Assembly: GCA_016193315.1 (NCBI GenBank)
Contig: JACPSJ010000005.1
Coordinates: 68-64,067 of the forward strand
Reading direction: 5' to 3'
Origin: Candidatus Kerfeldbacteria bacterium
Lineage (GTDB): Bacteria; Patescibacteriota; Patescibacteriia; SBBC01; CAIJZX01
DNA length: 64,000 nt
Below are positions 39,851-50,960 of this stretch, one piece after another. The position numbers and the translations under genes were made by a program. Below the pieces are notes generated by a model. That model was not told where the DNA came from, ran no database searches, and was given only the letters and a program-made list of their open reading frames with translations. The first letter of the stretch is position 1, and each line of letters opens with the position of its first letter.

Positions 39851-40195
39851 GGTTGCTAGTATAGCAGAATTTGGCTAGCTCGTGAGCAAAAATCGGGCCG
39901 CTGTCTTCGGGCTGGGGAAGACGATGAAAGCGCTTCCGGCCAAGCATGGGCGCCAGAAGTCGCTCCCATCGAATTTTGTCTTTCGTGGCGACGCCCGTAA
40001 CGAGTATCCCCACGCACTGAGGACTCTAGCAAATGATTTTTCACAAATCAAGGCGACTGGTCGAAACATGCGCCGGCGTTTCATCTACACCATTCTTCGC
40101 CATTCTTCCCGCATGGAAATGTCGAACTGGCTTGACGTTAGCGGTCAAATATAGTAGATTAGTCGCGGAAGCTAGTCGCCCGTGGGGCTGATTTT

Positions 40196-40912
40196 ATGTC
40201 TGGACACTCAAAGTGGTCGACCATCAAACGCCAGAAGGGGCTGGCCGATGCGCGACGCTCATCGATCTTCAGCAAGTTGGCGCGCCAAATCTCTTTGGCG
40301 GCCCGAGAGGGTAAAGACCCGGCCACGAATTTTCGCCTCCGTCTGGCTATCGATCGGGCCCGGGCGGCGAATCTGCCGAATGACAACGTCGAGCGGGCGG
40401 TGAAGGCCGGCACCGGTGAATTAAAAGAACAAACGAAGGAGGTGTGGTATGAAGGCTTCGGGCCAGCCGGCGTAGCGGTCATGATCCAGGCCGTGACTGA
40501 CAATACCAATCGAACGGCCGCCGACCTTCGTGCCCTGTTCGCTCGTTTCGGCGGGTCCCTGGGGGCGACAAATAGTGTCGCCTGGATGTTTCGGCGTCGG
40601 GGCATCATCCGCCTTCCGCTCAACCAATTGTCCCATCGGCGGTCGTCCGTTGAACTACAACTGATCGACGTTGGGGCTGAAGATGTCCGCGAAGAAAACG
40701 GTCAGCTGGTCATCGAAACTGATCCGGCGCGCCTACCGTCGGTCAAGGGGTGGCTGGCCAGTCAGGGTTTGGCTGCCGCTGCAGCCGATATCGAATTTGT
40801 GCCGGACACCACGGCCACCATTAACGAGCCCGGCCGCCAAAAACTCCAGCCGTTCTTCGACGCCCTCGAGGCGCATGACGATGTTACCGACTTCTACAGC
40901 AACGAGGTCTAG
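40196..40912 (+). CDS. yebC: YebC/PmpR family DNA-binding regulator
   Basis: MSGHSKWSTIKRQKG... family N-terminus; upstream of ruvC. Confidence 0.9.
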   Translation: MSGHSKWSTIKRQKGLADARRSSIFSKLARQISLAAREGKDPATNFRLRLAIDRARAANLPNDNVERAVKAGTGELKEQTKEVWYEGFGPAGVAVMIQAVTDNTNRTAADLRALFARFGGSLGATNSVAWMFRRRGIIRLPLNQLSHRRSSVELQLIDVGAEDVREENGQLVIETDPARLPSVKGWLASQGLAAAAADIEFVPDTTATINEPGRQKLQPFFDALEAHDDVTDFYSNEV

Positions 40913-40923
40913 CCGCCGGCGCG

Positions 40924-41390
40924 TGCTCGGGATTGATCCCGGCCTGGCTCGTTTCGGCTGGGCAGTTTTGGAAGACTCTGCGCCCCCAAAAATGGTGGCG
41001 GCCGATTGTCTTCTGACCGCCGCCGGCCAACCTGAAGCTCATCGCCTGGGGCAACTTTTTCGCGCGCTGTCGGCAATCATTCGGCGTTTCCGTCCGCAGG
41101 TCATGGCCGTGGAAGAACTGTATGTGACGAAGAACATCAGTACCGTGGTGGCCGTTGGCCAGGCCCGTGGCGTGGCGCTGGCCGTCGCCGCGATGACAAG
41201 AACACCGGTCGTCGGCTTCAGCCCGACCGCCGTCAAGCAGGCGGTCACTGGGTATGGCCGCGCCGATAAGCGGCAGGTGGCCAGGATGGTGACTCTCCTC
41301 CTGAAACTCAAGCGACAACCGCGTCTTGATGATGTGGCCGATGCCATGGCTGTCGCCTGGTGTGGTTTACCAGGCGTCGTGTTACGATAA
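40924..41390 (+). CDS. ruvC: Holliday junction resolvase RuvC
   Basis: VLGIDPGLARFGWAVLE...AVEELYV...ADKRQV...DAADAMAVAW; GTG start assumed. Confidence 0.8.
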
Positions 41391-41394
41391 GGTC

Positions 41395-42864
41395 ATGCTG
41401 GCTTTGAAAATTGCGGTTATTGCTGCAGAAATGTCACCCTATGCTAAGGTGGGCGGGCTGGCCGACGTCGCGTATGCCCTGCCGAAGCACCTGAAGTTGC
41501 TGGGGCATGATGTGGTAGCGGTCATCCCGTATTATAAGTTCATGGATCTGCAAAACCTCGCCAAGGAACTTGTCGGGCAGCAGGACGTTGAGTTTGCCGG
41601 CCGGACATATCATGTCAAGTTTTTGCGGACGCATTTACCGGCCCCACAGCCGGTACCGGTCTACTTTATTTACCAAGAGGAACTCTTCAGTGGACGCAAC
41701 AAGGTCTATGGACACAGCCATGACAGTCTGCGGTTTGCGTTTTTCGATTGGTGTGTTTTTTTGCTCTTCGAGGCCATCGGCTGGGCCCCTGATGTCCTCC
41801 ACTGCCACGATGCACAAACCGGACTCATCCCCAACTATCTCCGTCATGTGTTTGCCAAGAAACCATTTTGGCAAAAAACAGTCACTTTGTTTACAATTCA
41901 CAATTTACTGTATCAGTTGGTCGAGGGGATGTGGTATCAAGTCCCGCCCGAAAAAAGAGACCGCGGACATAATACGCCTCCGGACGACCCAGCCAAGCTG
42001 CGGACGATGAACTTCACCCTGCGGGCGATCAGGAACGCCGACCTGATCAACACCGTCAGCGAACGCTACGCCCAGGAAATCCTAACTAAGAAATTTGGCG
42101 AAGGACTTGACGGTTACTTGCTTCGCCGTCGCGATCGTGTGTTTGGGATTATCAATGGCATCGACTACAGCGTTTTCAACCCCAGCCTCGACCACCACCT
42201 GTCGATTCATTATGACTGGAATTCGCTCGATAAGAAATTAGTGAATAAGAACGCGCTACAAAACTCGCTCGGCCTGCCGTCCAACCGCGACGTCCCATTG
42301 ATCGGCATGGCTCACCGCTTGACGGAGCAAAAAGGGTTCGATTTGATCCTGCACATCTTGCCGGCGCTGCTCCGCCAGCCGGTCCAGCTGGTCATCGTCG
42401 GTGGCGGCGATCGAGAATACCTGCGGCAGTTCCGGCAGGTGGCGAAGCGCCATCCTGACCAAGTCGCCGTTCACCTCGAGTTCTCAGAGCCCATGGCCTC
42501 TCGCATCTATGCCGGCTCGGACATGTTCTTGATGCCGAGCCGATTCGAACCATGCGGTATTTCCCAGCTGATCAGTCTCCGCTATGGCTCGGTTCCGATC
42601 GTTCACAAAACTGGCGGTTTGGCTGATACCATTGTTGATTTCAACCCGCGGACCGGCGTCGGCACCGGTTTTGTTTTTCAAACCTACGACCCGGATGATT
42701 TCCTAGTCGCCCTGGTCCGGGCGATCGAAACCTACAAGTATCCCCGCGTTTGGGAGCACCTGACGTGGCAGGCGATGCGGAAATCGTTCTCCTGGGAATT
42801 GCCGACTCGTAAGTACGTTGAGCTTTACCAACGGGCCATTCGACTTCGTCATGCGGTGGGTTAA
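41395..42864 (+). CDS. glgA: glycogen synthase (GT5)
   Basis: KVGGLADVAYALPK, GT1 C-terminal domain. Confidence 0.85.
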   Translation: MLALKIAVIAAEMSPYAKVGGLADVAYALPKHLKLLGHDVVAVIPYYKFMDLQNLAKELVGQQDVEFAGRTYHVKFLRTHLPAPQPVPVYFIYQEELFSGRNKVYGHSHDSLRFAFFDWCVFLLFEAIGWAPDVLHCHDAQTGLIPNYLRHVFAKKPFWQKTVTLFTIHNLLYQLVEGMWYQVPPEKRDRGHNTPPDDPAKLRTMNFTLRAIRNADLINTVSERYAQEILTKKFGEGLDGYLLRRRDRVFGIINGIDYSVFNPSLDHHLSIHYDWNSLDKKLVNKNALQNSLGLPSNRDVPLIGMAHRLTEQKGFDLILHILPALLRQPVQLVIVGGGDREYLRQFRQVAKRHPDQVAVHLEFSEPMASRIYAGSDMFLMPSRFEPCGISQLISLRYGSVPIVHKTGGLADTIVDFNPRTGVGTGFVFQTYDPDDFLVALVRAIETYKYPRVWEHLTWQAMRKSFSWELPTRKYVELYQRAIRLRHAVG

Positions 42865-44077
42865 CTTCTTCCATATCTACCAACCGCCGCAGTGGGATGA
42901 GGACATCATCCGCCAGGCGGCGGCCGAGGCTTACTGGCCGCTCGTTCATATTCTCGAGCGACATCCGACCGTCAAGATCACCCTCAACATCGCCGGTGCC
43001 CTGACGGAGCAGCTGCTCGAATTGGGGTATGATGACTTTCTGAGCGCCGTCCGTCGCCTGCTCGAACGCGGCCAGATCGAACTCGTCGGCAGCGCCAGTT
43101 ACCATCCAATTTTGCCCCTCCTCCCGCTCCACGAAGTACGGCGCCAAATTGAGCTCCAAGACGAACTCCACCGCCGCGTCTTCGGTCCGGCCTATGCGCC
43201 CAAGGGATTCTACCCGCCGGAAATGGCGTTCCAGCCCGAACTCGAACCGCTCCTCCTGGAGATGGGTTTTCAGTGGGTGGTCCTCGACGAACTTGCCGTC
43301 GGTGACGCCATCGGCCAGGCTTCGCCGCTCAAGCGCTACCGCACGACCAGCGGTCTGGGCGTCGTGATCCGTAATCGACCGCTCAGCGACTACCTGTCGT
43401 TCTCCGCCCGGCTCGACGACCACCGCAGCGCGTTCGAAACCTTGTCGAGTGACGCCCGCAGCGCCGCTTGGCTCGTGACCGCCATGGATGGCGAGAATCT
43501 TGGCCACCACCGTCACGGCGTCGATCGGCTGTGGGAATTCACCATCACGCATAACCGCGTCACCACCGCCACCGTCAGCGAGTACTACCGTCAGTTGACG
43601 ACCGAGATGAGCGTCAAGCTCCAAGCCTCAAGCTGGTCGTCGCAGATCTGGGAGTTGCGGTCGCGAGTGCCCTACGGGCTGTGGAATCATCCGAACAATC
43701 CGATCCATCAGCTCCAGTGGGAGTTGACGAACGTGATTATCGCCACCGTTCACCGGTCGGCGGTCGACCCAAATTTCGATGCCGCTCGTCGCCTCCTTGA
43801 TCGGTCTCTGACGTCGGACAAATACTGGTGGGCCTCGGCCTCGCCGTGGTGGGACATGACGATTGTCATTCGCGAAACGCAAAAGTTAGCCGATGTCGTC
43901 GCGCCGCTGACTACCGTGCCGACGGCCACCAAGAACCAGGTGGCCCGGCTAATGAGTCAGATCACAAAAACCAGCGAGCGGTGGGAAAAAACCGGGTTAG
44001 CGAAACGGCGACAGGCAACGTATCTCCGCGCCACCGGCGACGTCCGCTACATGGGCGGACGGCAAGTCACCGCGTGA
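42851..44077 (+). CDS. glycoside hydrolase family 57 protein
   Basis: WVNFFHIYQPPQ N-terminal GH57 signature. Confidence 0.75.
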   Translation: MRWVNFFHIYQPPQWDEDIIRQAAAEAYWPLVHILERHPTVKITLNIAGALTEQLLELGYDDFLSAVRRLLERGQIELVGSASYHPILPLLPLHEVRRQIELQDELHRRVFGPAYAPKGFYPPEMAFQPELEPLLLEMGFQWVVLDELAVGDAIGQASPLKRYRTTSGLGVVIRNRPLSDYLSFSARLDDHRSAFETLSSDARSAAWLVTAMDGENLGHHRHGVDRLWEFTITHNRVTTATVSEYYRQLTTEMSVKLQASSWSSQIWELRSRVPYGLWNHPNNPIHQLQWELTNVIIATVHRSAVDPNFDAARRLLDRSLTSDKYWWASASPWWDMTIVIRETQKLADVVAPLTTVPTATKNQVARLMSQITKTSERWEKTGLAKRRQATYLRATGDVRYMGGRQVTA

Positions 44078-44450
44078 AATCAGCTATTAGCTTATGGGTG
44101 ATGGCTGCGGAGGACTGAAATCACAAATCCCAAAAATAAGGAATGTTCGAGAACCGAACATCTGGGTTTCAGCGTTTTGATGATTCGGAAATTAGATCTT
44201 GGTTTTTCCCTAGGGCTTTGTGCTTGTCATTTGTGATTTTTGGGCCCATTTCCTGCCCGAACAAATGAATTTCACGCGCTCGGGTAGGCCCAGAACGAAT
44301 TTCTGTTCTGGGTAAGTGCTGTGGTCCCGCCCATGTTTATAGATCGGATGGCTAGTCACGACCATTTCCCATGGGTCCCCACTCGTGGACAGGTGTCGCG
44401 GGAACGCGAACTTGGAGAACCTGGCCCATCAATCGCGCCCGGGGCGCGGA

Positions 44451-44903
44451 TCAATACCTCGGCGGATTGGGATCGTCCCAATCATCGCCATCGCATGTCA
44501 GCACGAGCTTCCCGTTGACCGCGTCGCGCCGGCATTCGTACGCCCGCTTGACCAGCGGATCGAGCGGCGGGTCACCGTAGGTCTTGGTCCATGCCAACCG
44601 CAGACGGAAACCGTCCGAATGCCGCTTCGGCAGAAACTCGATGGCGTCGACCTCCATGCTCTCGACATCCGCCTCAACGCGCCCGCCCCTGTCTTTGCGG
44701 GCGTCGTCCAGGCTGTCGTATGCCACCATGACGAAGCGGCGCATCGTGGCCAGGACGATCCCCATGTCCTGGGGGCTCTCCCTCTTGATGGCCAGGTGGT
44801 CGGGATGAAGCCGCGCCAACTCGCGGAGCGCTACGGTTCCGGCTTGGACCTCGGCCACGGTCATGGCCTCGCGCCCAGACTTGCATCTACGAGTAAATCC
44901 CAT
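44451..44903 (-). CDS. hypothetical protein
   Basis: ORF with protein-like composition. Confidence 0.4.
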   Translation of the reverse strand: MGFTRRCKSGREAMTVAEVQAGTVALRELARLHPDHLAIKRESPQDMGIVLATMRRFVMVAYDSLDDARKDRGGRVEADVESMEVDAIEFLPKRHSDGFRLRLAWTKTYGDPPLDPLVKRAYECRRDAVNGKLVLTCDGDDWDDPNPPRY

Positions 44904-45122
44904 GTACACCTCCCTTCCGGATGCCCATCGGCCAGATGGGGAACGAGACGAATCAATGTGCAATCGTGAACAAGACAAAGCAGCGTAGCGGCGGTTGCGT
45001 TTTTTGTCAAGCCTCGGCAGAATTTTCCGTCAGTGACGGAGGCCTCGATTTCTTGGTATACTGACAGCATTCTATTGGCAGCCCTTCCTAAATCCTTTAA
45101 CCCGTAACCTTTTACCTTATTC

Positions 45123-46484
45123 ATGATCTGGGCCAACTTCCTCCATTTCTACCAGCCGCCGACCCAAAAAAAATATTGGGTCGAGCGTATCACCAAGGAA
45201 TCGTACCGCCCCATCCTCCGCGGCATGCTCGAGCATCCGCGGGCCCGGACGACGATGAACATCAACTCAGTCTTAGTCGAGTTGTGGGATCGCTATGGAG
45301 CGACCGACGTCATCGATCTCGTCCGCCAGTTGCTGCAGCGCGGCCAAATCGAGTTAACCGGATCGGCCAAGTTCCATCCGCTCCTGCCCCGCCTGCCGGA
45401 AACAGAGATCGTCCGTCAAATAGAACTGAACACCGCTGCGCACCGGCACTATTTCGGGCCACTGTACCAACCGCGTGGATTTTTTCCGCCGGAGATGGGC
45501 ATTTCTGAAACGGTGGCCAAGGTGGTCGCTGGCCAGGGCTTTGGCTGGATCATCGTCGACGAACTGTCGTTCCAGCGTCGCGAGGGGCAGGTTGAATACC
45601 ACCAAGTCTACCAAGTCCGCGGCGCCGAACCGTTGCGCGTTTTTTTTCGCGAGCGGAAGATGAGTTACAAAATCTTATCCGGCCAAATTGGTACCGGTCA
45701 GTTGCTGATCGAATCGCTTGGCCCGCGGCTCAAAAAGCACGAGTATCTCCTGACGGCTATGGATGGTGAAACGTTCGGACACCACCGCCCCGGCATGGAG
45801 CACCTGCTGTTCGAAATCTACGAATCCCGGCTGCTCGAAACGGTTCTCGTTTCCGACCTCGAGCGTCGCTTTCCTTCGGTTCAGGCTGTCCCGCTCCTGC
45901 CGGCCACCTGGGCGTTGATGGAAAAAGATCTCCAGCGGAATGTTCCTTTCGCCCGCTGGGACGACGAGGGCAACGTTATCCATCAGCGGCAGTGGGAGCT
46001 GACTAATCTGGCCATCGCCGCCATCCATCACGCCGACCCTCGGTCCACTGGTTACGAACCAGCCCGCCAACTCCTTGATCGGGCGCTCCATTCCGATCAA
46101 TACTGGTGGGCTTCAGCCAAGCCATGGTGGTCGTTGGAAATGATGGAGCGGGGAGCGAAGGAATTGCGCGATGTGGTCAACACGGCGCCCGGCGCGACCG
46201 CGGCGCAGCGCCGGCAGGCCCAAGAGCTTTATCAACAGATCGTCTTCACTGGCTTCGACTGGCAGCGGGAAGGAATTGTCGAAACCCTGGCTCGTCAAGA
46301 AGACGAAGAAATTCGTCAGCGGACCGATCAGTCGATGCCGAAGCTTCCGCCGCAGGAACTGGTTAAGATCATCGCCAATCTAGAAAAAGAGATGCGTCTC
46401 GTCTCGGAGCGGCAAGAGTTCGAGCGCGCCGCGCAGCTCCGCGATCGTATCAAAGAGCTTCGCACCTATGCGGCCGAAGTCTAG
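45123..46484 (+). CDS. GH57 family protein with C-terminal UVR motif
   Basis: MIWANFLHFYQPP; C-terminal RQEFERAAQLRDRIKELR. Confidence 0.75.
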   Translation: MIWANFLHFYQPPTQKKYWVERITKESYRPILRGMLEHPRARTTMNINSVLVELWDRYGATDVIDLVRQLLQRGQIELTGSAKFHPLLPRLPETEIVRQIELNTAAHRHYFGPLYQPRGFFPPEMGISETVAKVVAGQGFGWIIVDELSFQRREGQVEYHQVYQVRGAEPLRVFFRERKMSYKILSGQIGTGQLLIESLGPRLKKHEYLLTAMDGETFGHHRPGMEHLLFEIYESRLLETVLVSDLERRFPSVQAVPLLPATWALMEKDLQRNVPFARWDDEGNVIHQRQWELTNLAIAAIHHADPRSTGYEPARQLLDRALHSDQYWWASAKPWWSLEMMERGAKELRDVVNTAPGATAAQRRQAQELYQQIVFTGFDWQREGIVETLARQEDEEIRQRTDQSMPKLPPQELVKIIANLEKEMRLVSERQEFERAAQLRDRIKELRTYAAEV

Positions 46485-47457
46485 CCGCCCACGATTTTTG
46501 TATCCAGCGGTTATGCGACGAGCATTCCAGGCCCGGCTGCTGAGCGTCGACCCCCGGGCCAGACGAGTTCTCCGGGTTCGTGTCGAGCGGCTTGGTGGGT
46601 ATATGAACCGCAGCTGGCGCCTGCGCTACACGTTGACGCTTCTCCTGCGCTCCGGTCGACGCCGACAGCGCATCCTCCGCGGCTCAAGCGAGCTGCAGGA
46701 TGAAACCCGCCGTCAAGCGTACGTGATCATGAAATTCCTTTGGCGGCACGGTTTTGACACCGGGCCGCTCCAGATCGCTCGACCGGTCACTTTTTTTTGG
46801 CGCTGGAAGCTTTTGGTGTATGAACAGGTGGCTGGGGCGACCTTGGCCAGCCTGCTTCGGCGTCAGCCCGAACGGGTCGACCGTCACCTCGAAGCCGTGG
46901 CCAAGTGGTTGGTCCGCCTCCACCACCATTCTCCCCGCACCATCCGTCTGGTCTACAATTCGGCCGGGCGGGCCCAGTATTGGCGATCGGCGCTCGATAT
47001 TCTCCGCGGCCCGGACAGTGTGGCGGTGGCTGGTCTGCAACAAACCATCGAGCGGGTGATGCGTTTTGAGCACGCCTTGGCGCGTAGTCGGCGGCGAGTG
47101 CTGGTTCACCACGATTTCCATCCCGGCAATATTCTGATTACGCCCCGCTCGCTGCGGGTGGTGGACTTTGCCGAGTCTCGTTTATCCCATCCACTCATCG
47201 ACGTCGCCGCCTTCTTCGTCCAGCTCGAACTCCAGGCCGGGTCCACTGTTCCGACCACCACCGTGGTGCGCTGGCAACAACACTTCCTGGCCGCGTACCA
47301 TGGTGGTGCACCGAACGTCCGCTTGACTGGCGCTCTGGCCGAGCGCCTATTCCGCTTCGTCCGCTTCCGGGTGGCCCTACAATCGTACCTTGGCGTCTAC
47401 CTGCTTGGACGCCCGTATAGTCCGTTACGACAGGCTATTCTGGCTGGTGTATGGTAG
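46468..47457 (+). CDS. APH-fold (aminoglycoside phosphotransferase-like) kinase
   Basis: HHDFHPGNILI Brenner motif; VDFAES. Confidence 0.6.
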   Translation: MRPKSSRPRFLYPAVMRRAFQARLLSVDPRARRVLRVRVERLGGYMNRSWRLRYTLTLLLRSGRRRQRILRGSSELQDETRRQAYVIMKFLWRHGFDTGPLQIARPVTFFWRWKLLVYEQVAGATLASLLRRQPERVDRHLEAVAKWLVRLHHHSPRTIRLVYNSAGRAQYWRSALDILRGPDSVAVAGLQQTIERVMRFEHALARSRRRVLVHHDFHPGNILITPRSLRVVDFAESRLSHPLIDVAAFFVQLELQAGSTVPTTTVVRWQQHFLAAYHGGAPNVRLTGALAERLFRFVRFRVALQSYLGVYLLGRPYSPLRQAILAGVW

Positions 47458-48506
47458 GTCGCCGCTACCGCCTCTTCCCGCAGGCGTTGGAGCGGATTCA
47501 AGCGACCATGGAGCGTCGGCAATTGCGCCCGGTCAACCCCCGCCGCACCCCATCTCTCGCCGCGCGTCGATACAACCGGTATTACATGGCCCCGGTTCAC
47601 GACCGCCGCCACGTGGTCTGGTTTAAGGCCGGACTTGAGAACGCGCCTGGTCTTGATCGCTCGCTGCGAGAAGAAATTTCGATCCAGCGCGTCTTCGCCG
47701 CCTACGAGCGACTTCACCAACCACGCTTTGACTCGCCGTCATTCCTCGCCAGCGGCGGGCGGGGGCGGTGGCGATGGTTGTTGAGAAAATATTGGACCGG
47801 CGCATTCGCTGGTGACATGGTCACGCACTTCGGGCTGTCTCCCTCCTTCTGTCGGCGTATCAGGCCGGAGATCATGGCCGGGGTGGTGCGTGACATCCGC
47901 GCCATGACGCCGTTCGTCAGCGCCCGAATAACGTTGCCCATCCACGATGTCGGGTGGTACCGACTTGACTTCAACTACTATCAACGGGAATTTTGGCAGC
48001 CGTTCTTGAGGCATCCGCTGAATACTGCCTGGCGGCCAGCCGACGTTCGCCGTCTCGAATCACACTTCCGTCGGGCCAAGGTCTTCTTGCGCCATCGCGC
48101 CACGGCCTTCACCCACGGCGACCTCTATCCGAACAACATCATGGTCCAATCCGGCCGTCGGAAGATTGTCCTTTTTGATTGGGAGTTGTCACACCGTAAT
48201 CTGCCCACGTTTGATGCGGTCATGGTCTGGTTGATGGCCTGGCAGCAACCGACCTGGCGGCAGGTATTTCGGGACGCTTGTCTCCGCTCGCTCGGCCGGT
48301 CAGCGGATACCGACCGGGCCTGGAATTTGGCTCAGTTGTCGCTGACTATTCGCCTAGCTGGGTTCTGCTTCATTCGCCTCGCCGGCCGTCAACCGGAACG
48401 GTACCCGCCGCTCCCCAGCCGCTTCCGTCCGGTCCTGAAAAAAATGTTGGCTGCTATGCTCCATCGCTTGGCTGTCGCTGATCAGTCTCTGCGTCCCTGG
48501 TTATGA
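47451..48506 (+). CDS. APH-fold kinase (paralog)
   Basis: THGDLYPNNIMV...LFDWE. Confidence 0.6.
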   Translation: MVGRRYRLFPQALERIQATMERRQLRPVNPRRTPSLAARRYNRYYMAPVHDRRHVVWFKAGLENAPGLDRSLREEISIQRVFAAYERLHQPRFDSPSFLASGGRGRWRWLLRKYWTGAFAGDMVTHFGLSPSFCRRIRPEIMAGVVRDIRAMTPFVSARITLPIHDVGWYRLDFNYYQREFWQPFLRHPLNTAWRPADVRRLESHFRRAKVFLRHRATAFTHGDLYPNNIMVQSGRRKIVLFDWELSHRNLPTFDAVMVWLMAWQQPTWRQVFRDACLRSLGRSADTDRAWNLAQLSLTIRLAGFCFIRLAGRQPERYPPLPSRFRPVLKKMLAAMLHRLAVADQSLRPWL

Positions 48507-49954
48507 AAATCCTTTTTGTGGCCGCTGAGGTCGCGCCAATCGCTAAGGTTGGCGGGCTGGCCGATGTCGTGGAGGCGCTGCCGAAAGCCCTGGTTGCGGC
48601 CGGACACGACGTCCGGGTCCTGATCCCAAAGTACGCCGCTGTCGCCTCCCAGCGACTACCTCAGCGAGGCCGCCGCGGTCCGTTTCTTGTCCGTTGGCAA
48701 CAGCAAGGTGTTCCGGTCCGCGTCGAAGAAACTCGACTGCCGGGGACCGATCTCCCACTCTACCTGCTCGACAGCCCGCCGCACTTTGCCGTCTTCCACG
48801 GTGTCTATTTTCAGGGCGCCACGTCGGAAGACACGCGACACGAGCTCGAGCGGTTTACGTTTTTTGCCTGGGCCGTCGCTTCGTTGTTGCCCACCCTAGG
48901 CTGGCGACCAGACGTAGTGCACTGTCATGACTGGCACGCCGCCGGGGTCGCGGTCTTCGGTCCGATTATTAACCCCGCCTTTCCGCCCACCGTTTTAACC
49001 ATCCACAATCTCCAGAATCAAGGACGCTGGGAGGCGGGCGAAATCTTTGACTGGTTGGGTCTGGCCGGCAACGAGCACCCGGGCCTGGCCCAGCGTGACA
49101 ATCTCGACAACTTTAACTTCCTGCAACAAGGAATCTGGGCCGCTCGGGCAGTCAACACCGTCAGTCCGACGTACGCGCATGAAATTCTAACCCCCGAGTA
49201 CGGTGAGGGACTGGAAGACGATCTTCGGTCCCGGCCGGGCGGCGTTCGGGGCATCCTCAACGGTATTGATACGGAGATTTTCAACCCGGCTACTGATCGC
49301 ACCCTGGCCGCCCGGTATTCATCGACGTCGGTGGGGGTGGCGAAGGAGCAAAACAAGGCCGCCCTCCAGTCATCATTCGGCTGGCCAGTTGATGGACGGC
49401 GATTCTTGATTGGCTCGGTTGGAAGACTCACGCCACAGAAAGGCTACGATCTTCTGGTGGCATTGGCCGACGCCCTGCATCAACGCCCAGTTCAGGTGGT
49501 ACTGCTCGGCACCGGCTTGTCCGAGTTGGAGGTTCAGCTGCGGCAGTGGGCGGCCCGTTCCCCATCTCGGGTGCGGGTCCAGATCGGCTTCGATCCGCAA
49601 CTGGCCCAGCGCATCTATGCCGGGGCCGACGCCTTTTTGATGCCCTCCCGATTCGAGCCGTGCGGCCTGGGGCAGATGATTGCCATGCGGTATGGTACAC
49701 TACCGATCGTTCGTGCTACCGGCGGCCTGCGGGACACGGTCATCGACCTGATCACCAGCCCGGACAGCGGCACCGGCTTCCGCTTCATCCCCTTTAGCTC
49801 CGGGGCCCTCCTCCAGGCCATCGACGATGCCGCCGCCGTCTATCGCCAAGCGCCCGTCTGGCAAGCGGCGGTCAAGCGGGCCCTGGCTCAAGACTTTTCC
49901 TGGCGACGATCAGCTCGTGACTATCTCCATCTCTATGCCCAAGTCAAAGGCTAG
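48503..49954 (+). CDS. glgA: glycogen synthase (second copy)
   Basis: KVGGLADVVEALPK. Confidence 0.85.
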   Translation: MKILFVAAEVAPIAKVGGLADVVEALPKALVAAGHDVRVLIPKYAAVASQRLPQRGRRGPFLVRWQQQGVPVRVEETRLPGTDLPLYLLDSPPHFAVFHGVYFQGATSEDTRHELERFTFFAWAVASLLPTLGWRPDVVHCHDWHAAGVAVFGPIINPAFPPTVLTIHNLQNQGRWEAGEIFDWLGLAGNEHPGLAQRDNLDNFNFLQQGIWAARAVNTVSPTYAHEILTPEYGEGLEDDLRSRPGGVRGILNGIDTEIFNPATDRTLAARYSSTSVGVAKEQNKAALQSSFGWPVDGRRFLIGSVGRLTPQKGYDLLVALADALHQRPVQVVLLGTGLSELEVQLRQWAARSPSRVRVQIGFDPQLAQRIYAGADAFLMPSRFEPCGLGQMIAMRYGTLPIVRATGGLRDTVIDLITSPDSGTGFRFIPFSSGALLQAIDDAAAVYRQAPVWQAAVKRALAQDFSWRRSARDYLHLYAQVKG

Positions 49955-50960
49955 CGCCATTCCCCAACGTGCCGAGATACGCGTCGATTTCGTCCACGAC
50001 CGCCAGGTTATCATCGCTCCCAGCCGCGGGCGGCGGCCGCACGACCCGGAATTCTTGCCCCCGACCCAGCCGCCACCGATCCCACCTGATCAAGATGCCT
50101 TCAGCCGCGAACGATTGCGTCACGTCCGGGCACTCCTAACTATTGGCGGCCAGCGGGCTTGGCGAGTGAAGGTGATTCATAATCTCTTTCCCGTGGTCAC
50201 GCCGGACAACCCTAAGGCCTATGGTTACCAAGAGGTAGTGATCGAGACGCCGGTCTATGGTATTGATATCTCGGCGCTGCCGGAAAACCACGTGGCTGAC
50301 ATTATCCGGGCCTACGCTCAGCGCGCTCGGGCGCTCCAGCGAGATAAACGTATTCGTTATATCCTGGTTTTTAAGAATAACGGTGGTCGGGCCGGGGCCA
50401 CCATCAATCACGCCCACTCGCAAATTTTCTCTTCGGCCTACGTCCCGCCGCACATTATTCTCCGCCGCAAACGGGCTCAGGAGTACCGCATTATTCACAA
50501 CACTGATTACTACAACGACTTGCTGGTGAAAGAAGAGGGGGGGCCACGATGGATCGCTTCGGGCAACTACGTCTGTGCCTTAACCCCCTACGCCTCGCTC
50601 TATAACTACGAGGCTTGGATCATGCCCTGGCGACGGGTTGACAACGTCGGTCAGCTCAGCGGTCACGAGATTCGCGAGATGGCTAACTACCTGAAGGCGT
50701 TGCTATCGAGGCTCTACACCGCTGGTCTGCCGTACAACTTTTATCTTCACCAGGTCGTGGGCGACCAAACCGAACACCTCTACCTCCGGATCGCGCCGCG
50801 GCGCGATGTCTGGGCCGGACTTGAGCTGGGTTCACGGCTGGTTATCAACACCGTCCCGCCAGAAGAGGCGGCGGTCTTTTACCGCTCCGCTTTTTCCAGA
50901 CGCCAACAAGCTGTAGCCGGCCCCTCGGCTGCTGGTTCTACTCGGTCAAAGAAATCTTGA
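49935..50960 (+). CDS. galT: galactose-1-phosphate uridylyltransferase-like HIT protein
   Basis: ATINHAHSQIF HxHxQ motif. Confidence 0.7.
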   Translation: MPKSKASAIPQRAEIRVDFVHDRQVIIAPSRGRRPHDPEFLPPTQPPPIPPDQDAFSRERLRHVRALLTIGGQRAWRVKVIHNLFPVVTPDNPKAYGYQEVVIETPVYGIDISALPENHVADIIRAYAQRARALQRDKRIRYILVFKNNGGRAGATINHAHSQIFSSAYVPPHIILRRKRAQEYRIIHNTDYYNDLLVKEEGGPRWIASGNYVCALTPYASLYNYEAWIMPWRRVDNVGQLSGHEIREMANYLKALLSRLYTAGLPYNFYLHQVVGDQTEHLYLRIAPRRDVWAGLELGSRLVINTVPPEEAAVFYRSAFSRRQQAVAGPSAAGSTRSKKS

